Under the pieces are notes generated by a model. It saw only the letters and a list, made by a program, of their open reading frames with translations. It made no database searches and had not been told where the DNA came from. Of a stretch of DNA of 38,878 bases, positions 23,299-30,404 are shown piece by piece (the first letter of the stretch is position 1; each line of letters begins with the position of its first letter). This stretch comes from a virus, in IMG/VR virus record IMGVR_UViG_3300040801_002051, positions 1 to 38,878 of that record; one strand, given 5' to 3'. The position numbers and the translations under genes were made by a program.

Positions 23299-24558
23299 TC
23301 AGCTGTATTGGTAGTCGCCGGCGATGATTTGCCCGGCGAGGACGGTTTGTTTTGCGGCGACGGGCCGGCTAGCGCGTGTAGTCAATAACGTCTGGTCGCG
23401 CACCGCGCAGCCGAAGCGCAGCGCAGCCTGGAGCGTGCGCAGCCGAGACTTGTCGGTCGCGACCCAGTAGCCACGCGCGAACCGGGACACGCACGGCTTC
23501 GGTCGGCGCCCTCGCAAGCGGGCGGCCAGCTCAGCGATGAACGGCGGGAAGCGAAAGCGCTGCGGGCCGACAAATAACAAAGCGCCACGCCCCGCCACGC
23601 TGCGTTCGGGGTCAAACAGGGGCTGGTAGCGTCCCAGTCGGTCAGTCGCCATGCTTTGCACCGGTGCGCTGCCGACATGCCCGCCGCAGTGCAGGCCGCG
23701 ACGCACGCCCGGCAGGCGCAGGGTGCGCCAGCCGGGCGTGATCGGCGCCAGACCCGGATTGATGGTTGTGCTGTGCACGCGGCGCGCGGGGTCGATGTAC
23801 GTATCCTGCACTTGCAGGCTGTAGAGGCGCCGCGCGGCATCGGACGCGGCCAGATAGGCCGGCGGCGCGCGCCCGACGAAAGACACCCGCCCGGCAGCGC
23901 TGGGGACTGCAACGCGCCGAACCCGCGTGTAATCGATCTCGCTGCTGGTGACCTCCTCGATCCAAGTGACCAACGCCCGCTCGCTGCCGTCGCGCGGCTC
24001 AAACAGCCATGCCCGTTCACCAAAGCGTTGAGCGGCACCGTTGTCGGTCGGCACGTCTTGCCAGCGCGCGCCGTCGGCCGCGCCGCAGAACAGCCGGTGC
24101 AGCATGGCGCCGCGGCGAGTCCCCGCGTTGCGGAAACGGTACAGGCGCAGTTGCGGGTAGCGCGACAGGAAGGCGTCGCGCTCCTCCAGCGTCATGGACG
24201 CGCCGCAGAACGTGCGCGTGCGAGGCGTCTCGACGTTGACGATCTCCGCGCCGGCATAGCGCGCCAGCGCCCGCATGCCGGCCACTGTTCCGGCTTGGCG
24301 GTGCAGCGCGCGGCTATCGCGCAGCAGTCCACGGCGCGTCGCGTCGTCCATCCAGCGCGGCCAGATCGGCACATCGCGATCCCAGGCGAGCCAGGGCATC
24401 AGCTGCGAGGGGATTTCGGCCGGGCGCTGCAGCGTCTGCACGACATCCACAGCGGCGGCGGTGCGCGCCGTCTCGGCTGTGTCGAGCGCGTGCACCAGCG
24501 CGCCCTCCAGTGGCGTCTGGTTGGCGGGCAGGAGTTTGGTGAAGGTCGCGCTAGACAT
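23299..24558 (-). CDS. P2 gpI-like baseplate/tail protein with a long C-terminal extension (419 aa)
   Basis: KLLPANQTPLEGALVHAL..IPSQLMPWLAWDRDVPIWPRWMDDATRRGLLRDSRALHRQAGTVAGMRALA is the Tail_P2_I (PF09684) pattern. About 240 residues beyond it are unassigned. Confidence 0.75.
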   Translation of the reverse strand: MSSATFTKLLPANQTPLEGALVHALDTAETARTAAAVDVVQTLQRPAEIPSQLMPWLAWDRDVPIWPRWMDDATRRGLLRDSRALHRQAGTVAGMRALARYAGAEIVNVETPRTRTFCGASMTLEERDAFLSRYPQLRLYRFRNAGTRRGAMLHRLFCGAADGARWQDVPTDNGAAQRFGERAWLFEPRDGSERALVTWIEEVTSSEIDYTRVRRVAVPSAAGRVSFVGRAPPAYLAASDAARRLYSLQVQDTYIDPARRVHSTTINPGLAPITPGWRTLRLPGVRRGLHCGGHVGSAPVQSMATDRLGRYQPLFDPERSVAGRGALLFVGPQRFRFPPFIAELAARLRGRRPKPCVSRFARGYWVATDKSRLRTLQAALRFGCAVRDQTLLTTRASRPVAAKQTVLAGQIIAGDYQYS

Positions 24559-25486
24559 CGCGAGCTTCCGCCACAGCTACCGCGATCTCGGGGCTTACGG
24601 TCATGCCGTAAGGGCCGACGACGACATCCTCGGCCGGACTCGTCAGCGTTACATTCTGGACGCCCGGCACGACCAACGCGTCCACGATGCCGGCGCGGGT
24701 CAGGTCGTAGCCCACTTTGTGGATGCTGGCCAGATAGGCATCGAGCGCTGCTCGAGCGTCAGCGATGAGTAGGTCCGCATCGGGGCCGGGGTACAGCGTC
24801 AGCGTCGCATCGATGGGCACCGGCTGAATGTCGACCGCGAGCACGCTCACGGTATCGGTTAGCGGCATCACGTCCTCTTGGCTCAATGCGCCGCGCACGG
24901 TATCGATCAGGGCACTGTCGTCAGTGAGCGGCACAGGCAACAGGTTATTCCCATTGCGTGTCGTGCCCCACAGGTGAGCGCCCCAGTCGAGCCGGTCGTC
25001 ATCGGTGTCATAAACCCACTCTTTGCCTAGCACGACAACGTGCACATGGCCCGGCTGGGGCGAGTGCACGCCGACGTTGACTACATCCGCGCTTGCGCTC
25101 ATGGCGTGCCAGCGATAGGCGCCCGCCGGGCCAGCCGATGCCGTGCTCCACCACGCCTGTTGCGCGCGCAGCCGCAGGGCGGTGTCTGACTCGCCACTGA
25201 GCCGCGTTACGCCGACGTTGGCCGCAAGCTGGTCTAGCGCTGCGCCGGCGGCATACGCCAGCAGCTGCGCCTTGATCCCGTCATTGACCCGCGCGCGCAG
25301 CAGCAGATCCAAGTAGGCGCAGACTTCCATGATCTTGTTCGCCGGGTCCGACTCGACGGCGGACACGTCCCACTCGGGCAGCAGCTCGATTAGCTTGGCC
25401 TTGGCCGCGGCCAGCTGCGCCTCGTAGTCCAGCGCCTCGATGGTCGCAGGCAGGCCCAGTCGGGCAAAGTCGATCAAAGTCGGCAT
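24551..25486 (-). CDS. Baseplate J-like protein (P2 gpJ-like, 311 aa)
   Basis: ATG at 25486 (MPTLIDFARLGLPATIEALDYEAQLAAAKAKLIELLPEWDVSAVESDPANKIMEVCAY..) overlaps the gpW-like stop (TGATG). The extra 72 N-terminal codons of the track ORF overlap that gene. Confidence 0.85.
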   Translation of the reverse strand: MPTLIDFARLGLPATIEALDYEAQLAAAKAKLIELLPEWDVSAVESDPANKIMEVCAYLDLLLRARVNDGIKAQLLAYAAGAALDQLAANVGVTRLSGESDTALRLRAQQAWWSTASAGPAGAYRWHAMSASADVVNVGVHSPQPGHVHVVVLGKEWVYDTDDDRLDWGAHLWGTTRNGNNLLPVPLTDDSALIDTVRGALSQEDVMPLTDTVSVLAVDIQPVPIDATLTLYPGPDADLLIADARAALDAYLASIHKVGYDLTRAGIVDALVVPGVQNVTLTSPAEDVVVGPYGMTVSPEIAVAVAEARDV

Positions 25487-25824
25487 CAGACCGTCATCCC
25501 CTGCAAGCTGATACCGGCACCGGTGGCACGGTGCCGCGCGGCGATGTTGAAGGTCAGCCGGCCGGCATCGGTGGCGGTGTCTACGCCGACGGACTCCACA
25601 ACGACGCGCGGCTCCCAGCGATTGATGGCACCGACCACGCTTTGATAGATGTCCATGATCGTCACCGGGTCCATGGGCGCGTCGACCAAGGCACGAATCC
25701 ATGACCCATACTCGCGGCGCATGACGCGCTCGCCCGGCAGCGTCCGCAGAATGTCTTGGATAGACTGCCGAATATGCGGTAGCTCATCGATCGTCTCGCC
25801 GGACTCACGCTGAATCCCTGTCAT
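25486..25824 (-). CDS. Baseplate wedge protein, GPW/gp25 family (112 aa)
   Basis: LPHIRQSIQDILRTLPGERVMRREYGSWIRALVDAPMD..IYQSVVGAINRWEPRV is the PF04965 pattern. Confidence 0.88.
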   Translation of the reverse strand: MTGIQRESGETIDELPHIRQSIQDILRTLPGERVMRREYGSWIRALVDAPMDPVTIMDIYQSVVGAINRWEPRVVVESVGVDTATDAGRLTFNIAARHRATGAGISLQGMTV

Positions 25825-26768
25825 ACATCCCCCGGCGGGTCAAACGATTCCGGCGGCGGACAGTCTAGCCCCTCGGGGATGTAGAATTCGTCTTCACCGC
25901 AATTCGGGTCATCTCCCATGACCTGGCAATAACAGCTCTTGTCGCCAGAACTGCCGCCTGCATTGTTTTCGCACATGTGCGCCCAGCAATCACTGCCCGC
26001 GCCTGGATCAAAATACCATTGCTCATCTTCCTCCTCCTCCGGGTCTTTCCCTGGAGGCGGCTCTGGCACTGGCGGCTCGCCGAGCTGATGGCCGTCTCTT
26101 GGCACGCACAATAGATCCTGGCAAATATGCGTGTGCTCATTCAGGCTGACATCAATGGCCACAATATCTTGGTTGAGCGTGCGCATATAACCTGTATCGG
26201 CGATTACATTGCCACGATACAATCGCATGCCTTCTTCGGTCAGCTCCCAGCTCGGATTGGTCGGCGGTGGCGCCTCCCTGTCCGGCGGCTGCCCTGGATG
26301 CACCGGCGTTGACGTGAACGCGCGCTGATACGGATCACGCACAATGCGATCCGCGCGCAGCACGATCGTCGGGGCCGTTAGGAACAGTGTGCCGTCTTCG
26401 CTCAGCTCAATATGCTGATGCTTGCTGTCCGGGTTATATTGGTTTACGGTCGAGTCACGCCATACCTGAGCCCGCTCATTAAAGCGGCGCGGCGGCGGAT
26501 AGTTATCCGAAAAATACCCGCCCATGATGACGCCATTGCCAGGCTCACCGTCAGGGCAGAACACCATGACCTGCTCGTCTTTTGCCGGCAGCCAGTAATC
26601 CCTGTCTCTGCCGGCTCGCTGCTGCAACACAGGGAGCAAGCCCGTCTCGACCTCATCCAGATAGATCGATGCGCGTACTTGCTCCGCGTCAACATCCTTG
26701 ACTCGACCCACGCGCAACATCTGGTTGCGTGTGCGCTCGACCTCGGATTGTGATCGGACTTGCGTCAT
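25821..26768 (-). CDS. Baseplate central spike, P2 gpV-like, with a ~100-aa Cys-rich acidic C-terminal extension (315 aa)
   Basis: N-terminus: MLRVGRVKDVDAEQVRASIYLDEVETGLLPVLQQRAG.DRDYWLPAKDEQVMVFCPDGEPGNGVIMGG (Phage_base_V pattern). An HxH element (NEHTHI) lies near residue 212. It is followed by ..PEPPPGKDPEEEEDEQWYF..CWAHMCENN..SCYCQVMGDDPNCGEDEFYIPEGLDCPPPE. Confidence 0.8.
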   Translation of the reverse strand: MTQVRSQSEVERTRNQMLRVGRVKDVDAEQVRASIYLDEVETGLLPVLQQRAGRDRDYWLPAKDEQVMVFCPDGEPGNGVIMGGYFSDNYPPPRRFNERAQVWRDSTVNQYNPDSKHQHIELSEDGTLFLTAPTIVLRADRIVRDPYQRAFTSTPVHPGQPPDREAPPPTNPSWELTEEGMRLYRGNVIADTGYMRTLNQDIVAIDVSLNEHTHICQDLLCVPRDGHQLGEPPVPEPPPGKDPEEEEDEQWYFDPGAGSDCWAHMCENNAGGSSGDKSCYCQVMGDDPNCGEDEFYIPEGLDCPPPESFDPPGDV

Positions 26769-26781
26769 TGCTGTTTGTCTA

Positions 26782-27438
26782 TCACCGCAACCTCGACCGG
26801 CGCGCCGCGCGGGCCAGCTTGGTGTCGTACTGGTTGGCGCGGTAACCAGACCCGTTGTAGCCGCGCGCGAAGCTGGCCCAGCGCCCGTTGCGCAGGTGGC
26901 CCATCAGCTCGTTGTTGTCGATGAAGTTCAGCATGTGCTGGAACTGCTCCTTCTCGCCGGTGAACGCCTCGACGACGAACTGCTCGATGTTCTCGCAGCC
27001 GGCGGCCGTGTAGTTGAACCCCATGACCTGGCCGAGGCCCCAGCTCGCTGACTTCAACGCCTGGCGCGGGTCGAACTCGAACGCATCGCGCAGACGGTCC
27101 CATTCAGCGCTGCCGCCCTTGTACAGGCGGCGGTTCCAGAACCGCGACGACAGGTCGGGTCGGGTCTTGCTGACCGGCAGAGGCGTCAGCTTGTAGAACC
27201 AGTGTGCCTCGAACAGAATCTTCGGGCGCGACGGGGGAGGCTCGCGCAGTATGAAGCCGGACCCAGCCGCTTCCACTTGCAACACCGCGTCGAGGTGCGC
27301 CGGGGAGACGTTGTACACGTCGGCCAGCTCGCGGAGGTCGTCGTCGCTGATTGCCGGCTGCTCGGGGATGGAGCCCTTCCAGGCGACGGGGCACCAGCGC
27401 CCATCGTCCAGTGTGTGCGGCATGAAGGTGAAGCACAT
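26782..27438 (-). CDS. Endolysin, N-acetylmuramidase (DUF3380/PF11860-like, 218 aa)
   Basis: LQVEAAGSGF..KILFEAHWFYKLT..SWGLGQVMGFNYTAAGCENIEQFV..GEKEQFQHMLNFI..LRNGRWASFARGYNGSGYRANQYDTKLA. Confidence 0.85.
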   Translation of the reverse strand: MCFTFMPHTLDDGRWCPVAWKGSIPEQPAISDDDLRELADVYNVSPAHLDAVLQVEAAGSGFILREPPPSRPKILFEAHWFYKLTPLPVSKTRPDLSSRFWNRRLYKGGSAEWDRLRDAFEFDPRQALKSASWGLGQVMGFNYTAAGCENIEQFVVEAFTGEKEQFQHMLNFIDNNELMGHLRNGRWASFARGYNGSGYRANQYDTKLARAARRSRLR

Positions 27439-27677
27439 TACGCTTTGCCTGCGTCTCGCAGCTTGAGCACCACGATCTCTAGCGCGGCGTTGACCGCGAC
27501 CGTACCAAGCGTCTTCGCTTCCTCGCTCAACGCTGCCAACACCCGATCTCGCTTTGTCGCGCCGGAGATGTCCTCGTCCGCCACGGCCTCGACAAGGTAC
27601 GTCATTCTGCGCATGAACCCTCCGCCGATGAATCGAGCCATGATGGTATAGAGCAAGCCAATCAAAACGGATTTCAT
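27438..27677 (-). CDS. Small N-terminally membrane-anchored lysis-cassette protein (79 aa), a holin/antiholin or i-spanin candidate
   Basis: MKSVLIGLLYTIMARFIGGGF is followed by a soluble helical part, SGATKRDRVLAALSEEAKTLG. The start overlaps the lipoprotein ORF stop (ATGA) and the stop overlaps the endolysin ATG (TAATG). Confidence 0.55.
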   Translation of the reverse strand: MKSVLIGLLYTIMARFIGGGFMRRMTYLVEAVADEDISGATKRDRVLAALSEEAKTLGTVAVNAALEIVVLKLRDAGKA

Positions 27678-27856
27678 TGCATCCCCCAGTGTCTACAGTT
27701 GATCTCTACCGCTACTCCGTCGAGCGTCTCACTCAACGACGAAATCGCCGTAAATGTCTCCCAACTCCCGAACACGTCGGACGGGATCAGCCTCGGCTTC
27801 GCTTGGCAGTTCGTCAGCGTCGCGCAACCGCTCAGGCAGGCGACGCTCCACAGCAT
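27674..27856 (-). CDS. Putative outer-membrane lipoprotein (o-spanin-like, 60 aa), out of frame with and overlapping the 3' end of the 106-aa gene
   Basis: MLWSVACLSGCATLTNCQAKPRLIPSDVF.. has an L-S-G-C lipobox. The stop overlaps the ATG of the next gene (ATGA). The start may lie further upstream at a non-ATG codon (..RWKSALLMLW..). Confidence 0.5.
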   Translation of the reverse strand: MLWSVACLSGCATLTNCQAKPRLIPSDVFGSWETFTAISSLSETLDGVAVEINCRHWGMQ

Positions 27857-28049
27857 CAGCAGCGCGCTTTTCCATCGGCTTCGTCGGGAGCAGGGCAAGA
27901 AACACTGCTGCCGCACCAATACCCAGCATCGTGATGCCCTCCCAAAGGCCCGGCTCAATCGTAACGCCAAAGGCCGACAGCGCCGCGCCGATCGCGAACC
28001 ACGTCGTCTTTTCATCGAGCCTGTCGAGCAGCATGCGCAGTAGTTTCAT
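27729..28049 (-). CDS. Two-TM membrane protein with a charged C-terminal tail (106 aa), a class II holin candidate
   Basis: TM segments are TTWFAIGAALSAFGVTI and ITMLGIGAAAVFLALL, followed by KPMEKRAADAVERRLPERLRDADELPSEAE... The ATG overlaps the stop of the upstream 59-aa ORF (ATGA). Confidence 0.6.
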   Translation of the reverse strand: MKLLRMLLDRLDEKTTWFAIGAALSAFGVTIEPGLWEGITMLGIGAAAVFLALLPTKPMEKRAADAVERRLPERLRDADELPSEAEADPVRRVRELGDIYGDFVVE

Positions 28050-28225
28050 CGCTCATCCTCCGGCTTGCCTGTCCACGCCTCACGCTCTGCGACGGGGCGT
28101 TGCTCTGGGGCTGCGTCTGCGTCGTAGGTCGCGCAGCCAGGCCCGCAGTCGAGAAACGCGATCCGGCCGGCTTGGCAGCCCATCAGCTCGCCGAGGACAG
28201 GCTGGAAATGTCTGCAAATTGTCAT
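28046..28225 (-). CDS. Small Cys-containing ORF (59 aa), not in the ORF track
   Basis: Hand translation gives MTICRHFQPVLGELMGCQAGRIAFLDCGPGCATYDADAAPEQRPVAEREAWTGKPEDER. The ATG lies 3 nt after the upstream TAA with AAGGA just before it. Its TGA overlaps the next ATG. Confidence 0.45.
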   Translation of the reverse strand: MTICRHFQPVLGELMGCQAGRIAFLDCGPGCATYDADAAPEQRPVAEREAWTGKPEDER

Positions 28226-28228
28226 TCC

Positions 28229-28432
28229 TTACCCGCAATTAGGCTCTCGCAACGCCGCACGGACAAAACAATCTTTTGCTTCTAAAAGCTTGCGCAGCCC
28301 CGCACTTTTCTCCGGGCCGCTCGGCAAAATTGAGTTCATTTCCTCCGCCAGCATGCAAACCTCTTTGCTTATTTGCTGCAAGTCTTCGGGCAAGTGCTCG
28401 TACTTGAAAAACTTCATTGCGTGCTCTTTCAT
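28229..28432 (-). CDS. Small conserved-looking hypothetical protein (67 aa) in an AT-richer patch
   Basis: MKEHAMKFFKYEHLPEDLQQISKEVCMLAEEMNSILPSGPEKSAGLRKLLEAKDCFVRAALREPNCG. The ATG at 28432 overlaps the upstream stop (ATGA) and GAGGA lies upstream. Confidence 0.6.
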   Translation of the reverse strand: MKEHAMKFFKYEHLPEDLQQISKEVCMLAEEMNSILPSGPEKSAGLRKLLEAKDCFVRAALREPNCG

Positions 28433-28590
28433 CTCTCGTTCCTCGCCAGCGCCTTCAGCAATTCGTCTTTCGTCGGCCGCGTCGTCTCCCATCCCTGCCG
28501 CTGCAATATCCGCCCGGTGTATGTGCCGTCCGGGTTGCGGCGCACCTCGGCGGTTGCGTTTGGGATGGTCAGGTACTCTTTCTGCGGCAT
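28429..28590 (-). CDS. Small hypothetical protein (53 aa), weakly HicB/DUF1902-like in pattern
   Basis: MPQKEYLTIPNATAEVRRNPDGTYTGRILQRQGWETTRPTKDELLKALARNER. GAGG lies 8 nt upstream of the ATG at 28590. Confidence 0.45.
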   Translation of the reverse strand: MPQKEYLTIPNATAEVRRNPDGTYTGRILQRQGWETTRPTKDELLKALARNER

Positions 28591-28667
28591 CTCGGCCTCG
28601 CATTGAATGGTGCCCCCACTGACGCCCACCAAACCGCAGGAATTAGCGCCGGCAGGGGCATTGATCG

Positions 28668-29069
28668 TCAGTCGTCTATTTTCTGCTCCAGCCTCAGAAT
28701 CCGTTGCTCCAGCCGCTGCCCATCCGTTCCGGTAAATGGGTCTGGACGGGCTTTGGCGTCGCTTGCCAAAACGTCAATCCGGGCGTGCGCGCGGTCCGTT
28801 TCGCGTTCATTGTCACGGATGCGCTTGATGTTTTCGCCGATTCTGTCAACCCAATAGTGTCGTTGGCCGGAATCCTCATCTTTGTATTGCCGAAACTCGG
28901 CGCAACACTCGCCGTGAACACGAAGCTCGCGGTAAATACGATTAGACACAGTGTCCCACAAAGTCCCCGCGGCCAATCCGAGACCAACCAGCGCGGAAAA
29001 CGCACCAATGCGCGCCCATGGCCTCGCTTTTGCGCTGAAGCCGTTTTCTGCCGTGGGCTGCTCTGGCAC
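28668..29069 (-). CDS. Membrane-anchored coiled-coil protein (133 aa), an i-spanin-like or exclusion protein candidate
   Basis: Single TM segment WARIGAFSALVGLGLAAGTLW, then a charged helical region ending RLEQRILRLEQKIDD. Confidence 0.55.
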   Translation of the reverse strand: MPEQPTAENGFSAKARPWARIGAFSALVGLGLAAGTLWDTVSNRIYRELRVHGECCAEFRQYKDEDSGQRHYWVDRIGENIKRIRDNERETDRAHARIDVLASDAKARPDPFTGTDGQRLEQRILRLEQKIDD

Positions 29070-29112
29070 TTTCTCACCCTGCTTTTCTCCGCGTCAATAA
29101 TGACGCTGTTGT

Positions 29113-29745
29113 TCAAGACGGCCAATTCGAATCGTCCGTGATCGACGACTCTAAGGCATCGAAGTCCGCCGGCTCAGCGGCGGCGATCTGCGCCTTGAGC
29201 GCCTGGCTGGCGGCGTCGCACTGCGCGCCCCAAGCCACAAAGCTACTGTGCAGCGCGAGGATGCCTGCGGCGGTGTTGATCCGTGCCACGCCCTCTGCGT
29301 CGCGCCAGCCCGCGCCGAGAGCCGCCTCATATGCCGCAACGGCCTCGGGGCCAGCGGCGAGGGCGGACTGCGCATTGATTGCGGCAGCGGTCATCAGCGG
29401 GATGGAATCTTTTCTGTCCGCGAAGTAGCGGTGCCCATTGTGCGGGAACGTGTCAGTCTGCCGGTTCCCCCGCTCCTCGCTGCGCAGCGCCTGAAGCTGC
29501 TCGCGACGGGCTTCGATCTCCTCGGGCGTCAGGTCGCGCGTCTGGCGCGTGTAGAGCGGGCCTTCGGCGTCGCTGGTCAGCTCCCAGTCGCCGTAGGGCG
29601 CGGCGCCGATGGACTCGTGACGGTAGAGCCCGAGACTAGCCATGCGGGGTACGTCGCCCTGCTGGATAAGCGCGGCGGAGGCGACGGTGCCGGAGCCGGT
29701 GTTGATCAGTCGCGGGGCGCGTTGGTGTTGGTTGGTGAGGATCAT
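29113..29745 (-). CDS. Hypothetical fibre-associated protein, DUF4376-like C-terminal part (210 aa)
   Basis: ..GHRYFADRKDSIPLMTAAAINAQ..GWRDAEGVARINTAAGILALHSSFVAWGAQCDAASQALKAQIAAA resembles the DUF4376 pattern found near tail fibre genes. Confidence 0.45.
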   Translation of the reverse strand: MILTNQHQRAPRLINTGSGTVASAALIQQGDVPRMASLGLYRHESIGAAPYGDWELTSDAEGPLYTRQTRDLTPEEIEARREQLQALRSEERGNRQTDTFPHNGHRYFADRKDSIPLMTAAAINAQSALAAGPEAVAAYEAALGAGWRDAEGVARINTAAGILALHSSFVAWGAQCDAASQALKAQIAAAEPADFDALESSITDDSNWPS

Positions 29746-29747
29746 GA

Positions 29748-30404
29748 CTAGAATCTGACGCAGCTTATTGCTTCACTACTCGGGTCTCCACCGTTACCAT
29801 CATAGGTAAACGTATAAGACCCGGCACTGTCGAAGTTCTTGTGCGCGATCGCTAAATAGTGGTTTCCATTAACTAATCCGTAGTCTCTTGGATTGAGCGC
29901 ATTCCTGCCATTGTCAATATACAAATTTTGTATGCAAAGAGCACACCCGCCTATGACGCTGTCTACCGTAAATCCGCGAAGACTATCTTCCACTAGATCA
30001 TTAACTGTTGCTGCTTCTTTTTCTAAAATCCAAAAAGACCCAGCATTTATGGTATTCGAACCTATACTGTAAGCCACCGTCTCACTTGCTTGAGCTGAAG
30101 CCAAAGGGTAAACATAAACTTTAACTATAGAATAGGGGGCGGTATCGAGAAATACCTGATCAAAATCTGCTCCACTACTACCGCCCCAGCGCACGTAATC
30201 TATCCCTGTACCTAGGCTTAATTGCTGAGTTACAAACAACAACCATTTATTGCTACCGGCTTCCGCGTCAAGACCGGAGAGTGGAATAATGTATTCTCCT
30301 GTTTGGGATAGGATAACGGACTGGAAAGGGGTAATAGATGCACCACCCACCGCCTGAGCAGCCGCCCGCATCCCAGCCGCTAATCGTCGGTGCAGCGGGT
30401 GCAT
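29748..30404 (-). CDS. Hypothetical protein (218 aa) encoded by a strongly AT-shifted cassette, a possible distal receptor-binding module
   Basis: The ATG at 30404 overlaps the stop of the collagen-like gene (TGATG). Hand counts give 37-45% G+C on lines 29761 and 29881, against about 65% elsewhere. Confidence 0.65.
   Translation of the reverse strand: MHPLHRRLAAGMRAAAQAVGGASITPFQSVILSQTGEYIIPLSGLDAEAGSNKWLLFVTQQLSLGTGIDYVRWGGSSGADFDQVFLDTAPYSIVKVYVYPLASAQASETVAYSIGSNTINAGSFWILEKEAATVNDLVEDSLRGFTVDSVIGGCALCIQNLYIDNGRNALNPRDYGLVNGNHYLAIAHKNFDSAGSYTFTYDGNGGDPSSEAISCVRF

Noticed and set aside
28429-28590. A HicAB-type toxin-antitoxin pair
   Set aside because: I see only a weak HicB/DUF1902-like pattern in a 53-aa ORF. 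No HicA-like (dsRBD-fold, about 60 aa, basic) partner is recognisable among the neighbours. It is kept as hypothetical.
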